Shown: one piece after another, positions 9,024 to 17,864 of the stretch
Layout: every line of letters begins with the position of its first letter
Numbering within the stretch: position 1 is the stretch's first letter
DNA from: an uncultured Chloroflexia bacterium
GTDB lineage: Bacteria; Chloroflexota; Limnocylindria; Limnocylindrales; CSP1-4
Assembly: GCA_963828165.1 (NCBI GenBank)
Contig: CAWHDR010000001.1
Coordinates: forward strand, 704,001 to 768,000
DNA: 64,000 nt
Reading direction: 5' to 3'
Made by a program: the position numbers and the translations under genes
The notes under the pieces: generated by a model
Seen by the model: only the letters and a program-made list of their open reading frames with translations
What the model was told of the DNA's origin: nothing
The model's database searches: none

Positions 9024-11384
9024 TTACGCGCGGCGGAGGCGCCGTCGGACGCTGCTGAGAAGGGAGGGGCCCCCGGCAGGGCGCTGCAGGACGAGGAATG
9101 TCCCAGCGTTGCGGAAGCCAAGGCTCTCGTACAGCGGTCTCGCCATCGGTGTCGACTCAAGGACGGCATGGCGAACACCTCGGGACCGTGCGTCGCGAAG
9201 CACCTCGACAGTGACCGCCCGCCCGAAGCCCATGCCCCGCGCTGCCGGCAAGGTTGCGATGCCATACAGGCCCACCGTCGACCCGATAACGACTGCTGTG
9301 GCCGTAGCGACTGGTTGGTCCATGTGCCTGGCTACGACCGTTCTGATTCCGGTGTCGGGATCCGCCAGCGATGCCAAGTGCGACGCGAGGATGCGAGCTT
9401 TGCGCGGGCGCGTGCCGAAACCGCGCATCGATAGCGCCTGTGCCTCCGCCATTTCACGCCTATCGGTGACATAGACCAGTTCTACTTGAGAAGTCGGTTT
9501 CATGATCGGCAACGAGCGAAGATCCAGCATCATCGCGGCGGTCGCCTCCGACGGGCTGGCATAGCCAGCTCGCAGCAACGCCTCGGTCAGGCCGCTCGGC
9601 GTTGAGCGCTCATCAAGCCACCAAGACGAGCTGACGCCGGCATGGTCAAAGAGCTCGATGATCGCTTCGATCCGATCAGCGGTTGGCCCCATTCTGGGCC
9701 GCATCACTCGATTGACGACCGCAAGGTCGACCGACGTCACGCCCCAGGCCAGATCCGGCTCCGAATGGACCGCATCAGTGCGAGCCGGAACCAGGGCGCG
9801 CGCGTACGCCAGATACGCTTCGACCAACGCATCGATCGGATCGATCTCGGGCGGAGGCTGGCGGAAGGTCCGGCCACTCGCCTCATAGGGCGGCAGTTCG
9901 CTTCCTCGAGAAGTGGGGAGACGGCCAGGCCGACGGGCCTGGCTTCGGAGTTCGCCGGCAATCAGTGCAGTAACGTCAGGGATGGTGCGCCCCTCCTCGA
10001 GCGCCGGATCGGGTCCCTGCTCGGAGCGATAGGCGCGGAGCCAGATCGTCGTCCAAATCACGTGCGATCCGAACGTCGCAACCATCGCCCCGGCGATCCC
10101 GAACACAATGGTCAGGATGATGCCGACGATCAGCGAGAACGGCACGGCTGCGGCGTAGCCGACGAAAATGGCGCGGGTCTGTCCCTGGACCCTGAGGCCG
10201 ACCGACAAGAGGTGGCTGTGAAAGCTGAAGAGGCGGATCACGGCTGCCGCTGCCACCACCCAGCCGAACGCGGCGTAGGCGTCACCGAACACCAACCCGA
10301 GGATGGGTCCTCCGAACACGGCGGCGACGAGGCAGTAGCCCCCGACGACGGGTATGGAGGCTCCGTACAGCCGTACGAGGTCACCTCGGGCGGCGTGGTC
10401 ACCGTGGCGCTGACGCGAACGGCTCAACTGGATGGGCACCGCCGTCCCGACGGCGAACCAGATGACGTTCAGCGGATTGAGGATCAGGTTCGCCGCCGAC
10501 AGCACGGCTACCGATTCCGGGCCTCTCGTTGCCGCGAGCAAGAACGGGTACGCGCTCGTGCACAGGAAGAAGCCCACTTCCGCTCCCAGCAGCCATCGCC
10601 CGTGTGCGACGTTCCGTCCGACCGCTCCGGGGAGCGGAGGGTGGAATAGGGTCGTCCGAAGCAGGATCAGTCCGACCAGGGCAGCCGCCGCCGCGGTGAG
10701 CCCCGCGGCCGCCAAGCCCGAAGCCACCGTGAACGACCCGGCAGCAGCCAGAGCAACGATGGCTGCGAGCTGACCACCGTAACTGACGACATCGAGGACG
10801 ACTACGGCGATGAGCCTGCCTTCGAAGTAGAGGACCCGGCGTAGGAACTCCTGGGCCTGCCAGGCGATCAACGCAAACCCGAGCGCCATGAGCGTCGGTC
10901 CAGCGCCGGTGACGATGGCGATGAGGCCCGCGATGACGAACGGGATGCCCAGCGCGAAGCACAAGGCCAACTGCATCAACCCGGTCGCGCTCGTATAACG
11001 CCGGTACGCATTCACGTCGGTGTGCGACGCAAGCACGCTGTGGGGCTGGGTGATCAGCGAGGACTGGAGTCCGTTCAGCGCCCACAGCGCGGTATAGGCC
11101 AGGGCGTAGGCTCCGAATTCCGCCGTCGAAAGCACACGGGCAGCGACGACCATCCCGAAGAAGTTCGATGCCGAGATGAGGGCCTGATCGAAGACGACCC
11201 ATCCCGCCGCCCGGACGAATCGAATGGCCGTCTCGACCGGGTCTCGGGAGCGGAGTGCAGGGAACCGCAGGTGTTGGCTCAGGGCGCGCGCTCCTGGATT
11301 CGCGAGGGGTGAGCGGATCGACCGCCGTACGCCCAGTGGCGCTCGCGGAGGGTACCAGCCGACGGCACGTGGCCCGCGAGCCAC
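9024..11384 (-). CDS. Wzx-like polysaccharide flippase fused in frame to a C-terminal GNAT acetyltransferase (start uncertain, may be further downstream)
   Basis: DQALISASNF...EFGAYAL and many hydrophobic helices, then a linker, then a soluble domain with GNAT motif A (IATLPAARGMGFG) and LYESLGF. Confidence 0.72.
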   Translation of the reverse strand: MARGPRAVGWYPPRAPLGVRRSIRSPLANPGARALSQHLRFPALRSRDPVETAIRFVRAAGWVVFDQALISASNFFGMVVAARVLSTAEFGAYALAYTALWALNGLQSSLITQPHSVLASHTDVNAYRRYTSATGLMQLALCFALGIPFVIAGLIAIVTGAGPTLMALGFALIAWQAQEFLRRVLYFEGRLIAVVVLDVVSYGGQLAAIVALAAAGSFTVASGLAAAGLTAAAAALVGLILLRTTLFHPPLPGAVGRNVAHGRWLLGAEVGFFLCTSAYPFLLAATRGPESVAVLSAANLILNPLNVIWFAVGTAVPIQLSRSRQRHGDHAARGDLVRLYGASIPVVGGYCLVAAVFGGPILGLVFGDAYAAFGWVVAAAAVIRLFSFHSHLLSVGLRVQGQTRAIFVGYAAAVPFSLIVGIILTIVFGIAGAMVATFGSHVIWTTIWLRAYRSEQGPDPALEEGRTIPDVTALIAGELRSQARRPGRLPTSRGSELPPYEASGRTFRQPPPEIDPIDALVEAYLAYARALVPARTDAVHSEPDLAWGVTSVDLAVVNRVMRPRMGPTADRIEAIIELFDHAGVSSSWWLDERSTPSGLTEALLRAGYASPSEATAAMMLDLRSLPIMKPTSQVELVYVTDRREMAEAQALSMRGFGTRPRKARILASHLASLADPDTGIRTVVARHMDQPVATATAVVIGSTVGLYGIATLPAARGMGFGRAVTVEVLRDARSRGVRHAVLESTPMARPLYESLGFRNAGTFLVLQRPAGGPSLLSSVRRRLRRA

Positions 11385-11532
11385 ACGAATCGCCCAATGC
11401 CGACTGGGGATGGTCGTAGGTCATTCGACAGATCGCCGTGCAGTACGTTGGGACGACACCGACGGAAACCTCCATCCAGCCCAGCGAGTACCCGAGGTCA
11501 ACCGCTTGTCAGGTCATGAAGTCACGCGGGAC

Positions 11533-12432
11533 GTGAACGCGCGTCGGCTCCTGGCCCGGCTCGCACTGATCGCGAACTCGGTCCGAGAGGCGCGGGGATT
11601 CGGGCCGGTGACGATCGCGATCACGCTGCTCGTGATCGCCTGGCACGTCGTGCGCAAGGCAGACTCGATGCAGGACTTCGGTCTGGACGCTCACGCGTAT
11701 TGGGCTTTGGACGTGGCGAACCCGTATCGACTGCCAGCGGGAACGCCGGACGCGTTCCTGTACAGCCCTCCGTTCGTCCATGTCTTCGGCGTCCTGCACG
11801 TGCTGCCGTGGCCGCTCTTCCACGCATTGTGGCTCGGGGTCACGCTCGCCGCGCTGGTGTGGCTGGCCAGGGAGTGGACCCTTCCGATGTTGGCCCTGCC
11901 TCCGGTCTTCAACGAGGTGTTCTTCGGCAACATCAATCTGTTCATCGCGGTGGCGGTCGTGATCGGCCTGCGCCGACCAGCCGCTTGGGCGTTCGTGCTG
12001 TTGAGCAAAGTCACGCCAGGGATCGGTGTCCTCTGGTTTGCGGCACGAGGTGATTGGCGGAGAGTCGCGATCGCCAGCGGGATAACGGCTGGGATCGTCG
12101 CCGTGTCGTTCGCCCTCACCCCCGACCTGTGGTTCGAGTGGCTCGGCACGCTCCGCGCCTCGTCGCTGGTTCCTCCCTCGTCGGACTCGATCGCCATCCC
12201 GCTCGTGCCGCGGCTCGGAGCGGCCCTGCTGATGCTCGTCTGGGCCGGGAGGACCGGACGTCGGTGGCTGGTGCCGATCGCGGTCATGTTGTCGTTGCCG
12301 ATATTGTGGTCGGCGAGCCTGAGCATCCTCGTTGCGCTGGTACCGATCCTCCGTCCCAGGTTCCAGCGGTGGCTGGGGCAGGCACGGGCAGCTCGTACGA
12401 TCTCGAGGGCGCCGGCTTCATCGGGACCGTGA
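11533..12432 (+). CDS. GT87/DUF2029-like membrane glycosyltransferase (GT-C)
   Basis: DAHAYW, FLYSPPF, GNINL, KVTPGIG; polytopic membrane protein. Confidence 0.78.
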   Translation: MNARRLLARLALIANSVREARGFGPVTIAITLLVIAWHVVRKADSMQDFGLDAHAYWALDVANPYRLPAGTPDAFLYSPPFVHVFGVLHVLPWPLFHALWLGVTLAALVWLAREWTLPMLALPPVFNEVFFGNINLFIAVAVVIGLRRPAAWAFVLLSKVTPGIGVLWFAARGDWRRVAIASGITAGIVAVSFALTPDLWFEWLGTLRASSLVPPSSDSIAIPLVPRLGAALLMLVWAGRTGRRWLVPIAVMLSLPILWSASLSILVALVPILRPRFQRWLGQARAARTISRAPASSGP

Positions 12433-12781
12433 TCGGCCGCGACAGCCGCCCTGGCACGCTTCGGGAACCTTCGTCACGGGCGCAGGGCTGGTCGGAACCT
12501 GGACGGGCGGATCCTCGAGACCGCCCGATAGGCCCTGCGGGAACGCCCAAACGGCCTTCCCCGGATCGCGGTCTGCCATCCGTCAGAGGAAACCAGTGGT
12601 GCGAGGGTGCACCGAACTGTGGTCCTGTGAGGGAAATGGCACTTTCGTTCCTGGGCTGGGGCACGTATCCTCGACGAGACCGATTGTAGGTTCTGTCTGG
12701 GGAGACCCGCGAGCCCGGCTCATATCGCCGGCCCGGGACCAGCGGGGGATGCCTCAGCGCCGCAACGGTGGGGGAAAACGG

Positions 12782-14185
12782 ATGATTCGCCGACACGCCA
12801 CGGAACTGCGAGCCGCCATGATGCTGGCGGACATCGCGATCGCCGCCTTTCTCGCCATCGCGCTCTCGGACCTCATGTTCCCGGGCGACGAGTCGATGTT
12901 CTGGGCGGTCTCACTGCCGCAGCCCGTCTACGCGCTGGCCCTGTTGGTCAGTGCCTGGGTCCTGACGCTTTGGGTCCACGGCGCCTATCGCCTGCGAGCT
13001 CGCTGGTCGGTCGCCAGTGAGATCCGCGTACTCCTGCGCGCCTTGGTCGTCTTCGGGCTCGTTTCGTTCTCGTTCCTGTACCTGGCCAAGATCCCGGACG
13101 TCAGCCGCGGATACATGATCGTCCTCCTCGGCGTGCTGCTGGCCGGCGCCATCGGGGTGCGGGTTCTCATGCGCTGGTTCTTCGAACGTGCCCGTGTCCG
13201 TGGCAAGAACGTTCGCTCGCTGCTCGTGCTTGGGACCGGCCCGCAGGGCCGAAGCTTCGCGACGAAGCTCGCGGAGCATCCCGAGCTCGGTTTGCGGATC
13301 TTGGGGTTCCTCGGCGAGCCCACCAACGAGTTGCCTGCGCGGTGGCCATATCTGGGAACGATCGACGCGTTGCCGGACTTCATCCACGACCATGTCGTTG
13401 ACGAAGTCGCCGTCTGCCTCGTCACGGAAGACTGGGCCCTCATCGAATCGGTCACGGCGCTGTGCGAGTCGGAAGGCAAGATCGTCCGGATGCCGGTCCC
13501 GATGCCGCGCCTGTCCATCGCCACGAGCCACGTGGAGGACCTCGACGGCACGCCGGTCCTCACGCTGCTGACCGGTCCGCGCTCGTCCCTCGCGTTCGGC
13601 GGCAAGCGAGCACTCGACCTGGTCGGGGGCGCGCTCGGCCTCGCCGTCCTTTCGCCCTTGCTGCTCGGCATCGCGCTGGCGCTGATCATCACGGACGGGC
13701 GGCCGGTGCTCTATCGCCAGGAGCGCGTCGGGCTACACGGCCGGCGCTTCAGCCTGTTCAAGTTCCGGTCCATGGTCAAGGACGCCGACGCCCAGCTGGA
13801 AGGGCTCCGCAGCCAGAACGAGATCAAGGGCCACGCGTTCAAGCTGAAGGCCGATCCGAGGGTGACGAAGGTCGGTCTCTTCCTGCGTCGCTCGAGCCTC
13901 GACGAGCTCCCCCAGCTGCTGAACGTCCTGCGGGGCGAGATGAGCCTGGTGGGCCCGCGTCCGCCGCTCCCGACCGAGGTGCAGGCGTACGACGATTGGC
14001 ACCGCCGCCGCCTCTCGATGAAGCCAGGGATGACCGGGCTCTGGCAGATCGAAGGACGCAATGAGATCGAGTTCGATCACTGGGTCAAGAAGGACCTGGA
14101 GTACATCGATCGTTGGTCGCCGTGGCTGGACATCATGATCATCCTGCGGACGATCCCGGCGATGCTTCGAGCCGAGGGCCGCTGA
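12782..14185 (+). CDS. Priming sugar-phosphate transferase (WcaJ/CpsE family)
   Basis: N-terminal TM helices and a CoA-binding-like middle region; KRALD, KFRSM, DPRVT, SLDELPQLLNVLRGEMSLVGPRP, KPGMTGLWQ. Confidence 0.93.
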   Translation: MIRRHATELRAAMMLADIAIAAFLAIALSDLMFPGDESMFWAVSLPQPVYALALLVSAWVLTLWVHGAYRLRARWSVASEIRVLLRALVVFGLVSFSFLYLAKIPDVSRGYMIVLLGVLLAGAIGVRVLMRWFFERARVRGKNVRSLLVLGTGPQGRSFATKLAEHPELGLRILGFLGEPTNELPARWPYLGTIDALPDFIHDHVVDEVAVCLVTEDWALIESVTALCESEGKIVRMPVPMPRLSIATSHVEDLDGTPVLTLLTGPRSSLAFGGKRALDLVGGALGLAVLSPLLLGIALALIITDGRPVLYRQERVGLHGRRFSLFKFRSMVKDADAQLEGLRSQNEIKGHAFKLKADPRVTKVGLFLRRSSLDELPQLLNVLRGEMSLVGPRPPLPTEVQAYDDWHRRRLSMKPGMTGLWQIEGRNEIEFDHWVKKDLEYIDRWSPWLDIMIILRTIPAMLRAEGR

Positions 14186-14210
14186 CAGTCGGCGATCCGG
14201 CGACGCTGCG

Positions 14211-14990
14211 TCAGCGAGGTCGCCTGAGCCGCGGGTGCCGCCCGGTCAAGCGGGACTGGACCAGCAAGATCACGAATCGCGTGTTCGTCACGAGGTACCG
14301 TCGCGCCAGCCGTCGCGGCTCCGCCGCCAGTCGGTACAGCCACTCGAGCCCGCGTCGCTGCATCCAGGCTGGCGCGCGGCGCAGCCCACCGCTGTGGAAG
14401 TCGAAGGCTGCACCCACGGCCAGCACGACGGCGGCATCCAGCGCGGGCCGATGGCGGGCGGCCCACAGGTCCTGCTTGGGTGCGCCGAGTCCGACCCACA
14501 CGTAATCGGGGCGAGCGGCGTTGATCAGCGCGACGTCGGCCGCCTCGTCCTCGGCCGACCGGGCACCGAACGGGGGCGAGTAGGTGCCGACCACGTCCAG
14601 GCCTGGATAGGCGGCCTGCATCCGCTCGGCCAGCAGGTCAGCGACCCCCGGAGCACCGCCGTAGAAGTAGTGCCTGGCGTTGGTCGCGCGTGACCGATCG
14701 AGCAGCGCGGGCATGACGTCAGGGCCGCACACGCGCTCCACGGCCCGGCCCTGGACTTTCCCGACCCACATCACCGGCATGCCATCCGGCAACGCCAGCG
14801 AGTCCGGGGCGCTGAACGCCGCGAGGAGGACCGGGTCATCGGCGGCGGCCACGAGGGAATGCACCGTGCAGAAGTGCACGTGGACCCGCCGGCCGTCGGC
14901 CGGGGCAGACGCGAGCAGGAGCAACGCATCCTCGAAGGTGATCGCCGCGATCGGCGTCCCGATGACGGGGTAGCGGGGCGGCGATTCCAC
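14211..14990 (-). CDS. WecB/TagA/CpsF family glycosyltransferase
   Basis: PDGMP, GPD, VWVGLGAPKQD, VGAAFDF, GLEWLYRL..EPRRL..RY. AAGGA precedes GTG 14990. Confidence 0.92.
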   Translation of the reverse strand: MESPPRYPVIGTPIAAITFEDALLLLASAPADGRRVHVHFCTVHSLVAAADDPVLLAAFSAPDSLALPDGMPVMWVGKVQGRAVERVCGPDVMPALLDRSRATNARHYFYGGAPGVADLLAERMQAAYPGLDVVGTYSPPFGARSAEDEAADVALINAARPDYVWVGLGAPKQDLWAARHRPALDAAVVLAVGAAFDFHSGGLRRAPAWMQRRGLEWLYRLAAEPRRLARRYLVTNTRFVILLVQSRLTGRHPRLRRPR

Positions 14991-15389
14991 GGTGGTTCGT
15001 TCCTTCTTTCCGGTCGATGTCGACGACGACCGACGACGATGCACGGAATGCGGACGGTAGCAGGCGCGGCGGTTCATGGTCAGTGGTCCTGCACTCGACT
15101 GACCCAGCCGAGGGGTGCCCACCACCCCAGACCCTCCCGGACCGGACCGCCCGCGGCGACCGCGCCATGCATCGTGGCGACGACGCCAGACCATCGGGCC
15201 ACAGACGTGGGGCGTGCGAGACGCCAGGGTTGACAGAGCGAGCGATCGATCGGGCTCACCGTCGCCAGGCGGGTCGGACCGGACTGCGGAGCCTGCAACG
15301 CCGGAACCGGTGGAGTCACGTGGAGACCGCAAGGGACTCCAGGGCCGCCGGTCCGTCGACCCCCAACCGCCCGCCGACGAGGTGAAAAC

Positions 15390-16739
15390 GTGCGACGAAT
15401 CGACATCGCGGCTCCGGCCGTCCCGCTGACCCAGGATCCAAATGGTCGGCGTCAGCGGGTCTACCGTGCGCTCGGGGCCCTGGCGATCGCCGTCGCGGTG
15501 ATCGGAGCCCCGGGAGTCGGGCCGCAGCGCGACGGATCGGTCGATGCCGCGTCGACGTGCATCTCGTTCATCGCCGGACGCTTCGACGCATCGGGAGTCG
15601 ATGCGCAGAACCTCAACGGCGAGTGGGTCACGATCAAGAATTCGTGCACCAAGACCGTCTCGCTCTACGGCTGGAAGATCCGTGATCGAGACCGCCACAC
15701 GTACGGTTTCCGTTCTGGCAGGAAGATCTCAGCCGGGGCGGCGATCAAGGTCCACTCCGGCAGGGGGGCCGGCACGGCACGCCACGTCTACATGGGTCGA
15801 CGCACCGTGATGTGGAACAACCGTTCCTGGGAGCGGGCCTACCTTTACAACCCCGCGGGTGCGCGGGTATCGATCTGGCCCCGTACCTCGATCCCAGCGC
15901 CACTGCCGCCACCGCCGACGACGACGACCTCCAATCCATGGTCCGTGGCATTCCTGAGCCGTCCGAACTCCGGCGCGATCCGGAAGACGGGGAACTGCGA
16001 CAACCTGGTCATCCAGAACCGGACGTTCAAGGACCTGGGCGCCGACGTCGAGGCGATCCACCTCGAGAACTGCCACAACGTGACGATCCGGGCGAACGAC
16101 TTCGCGCGAGTCGCACAAGGCATCACGGTGCTCCGATCGACCAACGTCCGCATCGAGTGGAACCGCTATCTCGACATCAAGGGCCCCCACGAGCGCGTCG
16201 GCAAGCATCGCGCGAACTTCGTCCAGCTCGTGGACGTCAGTCGCGGTCGCATCTATCACAACAAGGGCAAGGGTGGGGACACCGAGGACATCGTCAGCAT
16301 GTACCACTCGGGTGGGACGTCGACGTCGCCGTTCATCATCGACCACAACCACTTCGAGGGTACGAACTGGACGTCGTCGTCCGGGTCCGGGATCGCGCTG
16401 GGCGACGGGTCGTCCGCCTATTCCATCGCGCGCAATAACACGCTCCTGAACGTTGGGCAGGTCGGGCTGTTCATCGCCGGTGGGACCCACCACAAGATCC
16501 TGGACAACACCATCTACGGAGAGCGCCGCGACAATTCGAACGTCGGCCTGTACGTCTGGAACCAGTCCGACAGCAGCTGTTCCGGCCACGAGGTCTCCGG
16601 AAATCGGGTCCGATGGCGCAACGAGGATGGCGCATCCAACCCCGCCTGGAACGCGGACAACTGTGGGACGGTTGCGGGCTGGTCGAGCAACAACTGGAGC
16701 GCCCTCCTGGACCTGGCCAAGCTACGCGTCGGCCTCTGA
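15390..16739 (+). CDS. Secreted lamin-tail-domain plus beta-helix protein (paralog 3)
   Basis: Signal-like helix; LTD motifs LNGEWVTIKN, L.GWKIRD, VHSG.G, MWNN; PPPPTTTT linker; same beta-helix motifs as paralogs 1 and 2. Confidence 0.82.
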   Translation: MRRIDIAAPAVPLTQDPNGRRQRVYRALGALAIAVAVIGAPGVGPQRDGSVDAASTCISFIAGRFDASGVDAQNLNGEWVTIKNSCTKTVSLYGWKIRDRDRHTYGFRSGRKISAGAAIKVHSGRGAGTARHVYMGRRTVMWNNRSWERAYLYNPAGARVSIWPRTSIPAPLPPPPTTTTSNPWSVAFLSRPNSGAIRKTGNCDNLVIQNRTFKDLGADVEAIHLENCHNVTIRANDFARVAQGITVLRSTNVRIEWNRYLDIKGPHERVGKHRANFVQLVDVSRGRIYHNKGKGGDTEDIVSMYHSGGTSTSPFIIDHNHFEGTNWTSSSGSGIALGDGSSAYSIARNNTLLNVGQVGLFIAGGTHHKILDNTIYGERRDNSNVGLYVWNQSDSSCSGHEVSGNRVRWRNEDGASNPAWNADNCGTVAGWSSNNWSALLDLAKLRVGL

Positions 16740-16907
16740 CGAGGCGCCGTGGGTTCTCCGCTGCCATCGGAGCGGCATGCACGCGGCAAACCCCAGGGAC
16801 CTCCGGGTCATGCCGTGCGCAACGAAGGTCCGGTGGAACATGAGCGCGGCACCTGCGAGGCTATGTCCGGGCCGGGTCGCACACCCGGCGGATCTCTGAG
16901 GAGAGGC

Positions 16908-17090
16908 ATGGACCTCACGCCGTTCTTCCTGGTCATCGCTGGGGTCAACATCGGCACGCTCGCGGCGGGCACCGCACTGGCCATCTATCGAACGCACCGC
17001 GACGGACGCGTCGACGTGCCTGAGGGCGGCCGTTCACCTGATCGCTCAGCCCGCCGTCAGACCTCCGTTCTGGCAGGCCGATCGGACTGA
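16908..17090 (+). CDS. Small single-TM protein (60 aa)
   Basis: Strong GAGGAGAGG RBS before ATG 16908; MDLTPFFLVIAGVNIGTLAAGTALAIYR hydrophobic stretch. Confidence 0.6.
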   Translation: MDLTPFFLVIAGVNIGTLAAGTALAIYRTHRDGRVDVPEGGRSPDRSARRQTSVLAGRSD

Positions 17091-17151
17091 ATTCGCCAAT
17101 AGGGCGATCTCCTCATGGACGGGCGTCCGAGCCATGGCGCAGTATCCAGGC

Positions 17152-17295
17152 ATGGAGATCGCCATCACGGCATTTCTCGTCGCCTCCGCAGCGAGCGCTG
17201 CGGTGCTGGTCATCGGCGTCGGGCTTGCCGTGTATCGTGGCTGGCGGCCCTCCTATCGAAGGCTGAGCAGGCGACGACGCGTCCCGATCGAGTGA
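17152..17295 (+). CDS. Small single-TM protein (47 aa; not in ORF track)
   Basis: Manual translation MEIAITAFLVASAASAAVLVIGVGLAVYRGWRPSYRRLSRRRRVPIE*; alternative in-frame ATG at 17134. Confidence 0.55.
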   Translation: MEIAITAFLVASAASAAVLVIGVGLAVYRGWRPSYRRLSRRRRVPIE

Positions 17296-17304
17296 TCGCC
17301 CTAC

Positions 17305-17682
17305 TTGGCTGACTCCGTCCGGGGACGCCGCCCGACACGGATCATCGCCGTTCTCGGATGGGTCGTGATCGGCGGCGTCATGGTCCGAGTCCTATCCGGC
17401 GGGGGCACGGTCCGAGGCGTGGGTTACGTGCTCGGGACGGAACCCGCCGCCCTCGTGGCGCTGCTCCTGGCAAGCCTTGCCGTCGCCGTCCTCGCGATCC
17501 TGGGTCTCGCTCGGGACGCGTCCTGGGCTTTGGACGTTTCCAACGCCGGGGCGGGGATCGCGCTTGCCACGAGTGTTCTCCTGGCACTTGACGGACACGA
17601 TTCCGCGAACGTCGCGGTGCTTGCCGCCGTCGTGGTGCTCGTGACCGGACTCCTCGGAGGGATGCGCACGCGCCACGGCTGA
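17305..17682 (+). CDS. Hypothetical membrane protein (about 4 TM)
   Basis: Several hydrophobic segments; GC-rich third codon positions. Confidence 0.6.
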   Translation: MADSVRGRRPTRIIAVLGWVVIGGVMVRVLSGGGTVRGVGYVLGTEPAALVALLLASLAVAVLAILGLARDASWALDVSNAGAGIALATSVLLALDGHDSANVAVLAAVVVLVTGLLGGMRTRHG

Positions 17683-17864
17683 GGCGGACGAATTGGGTGC
17701 CTTCACGCACCGAACGGGCCCCAATGGGCGATGTCTTTCGATCCTCTCCACTACAGTACTTCTGGCGGCGCCACCCAGGAAGGATGCTGTCGGCGCCCTG
17801 TCCGTTGTCGATAACGGATGGGCACGCTCCAACAGCGGGGCACTGATCGTGGGGGAAACGAGTC

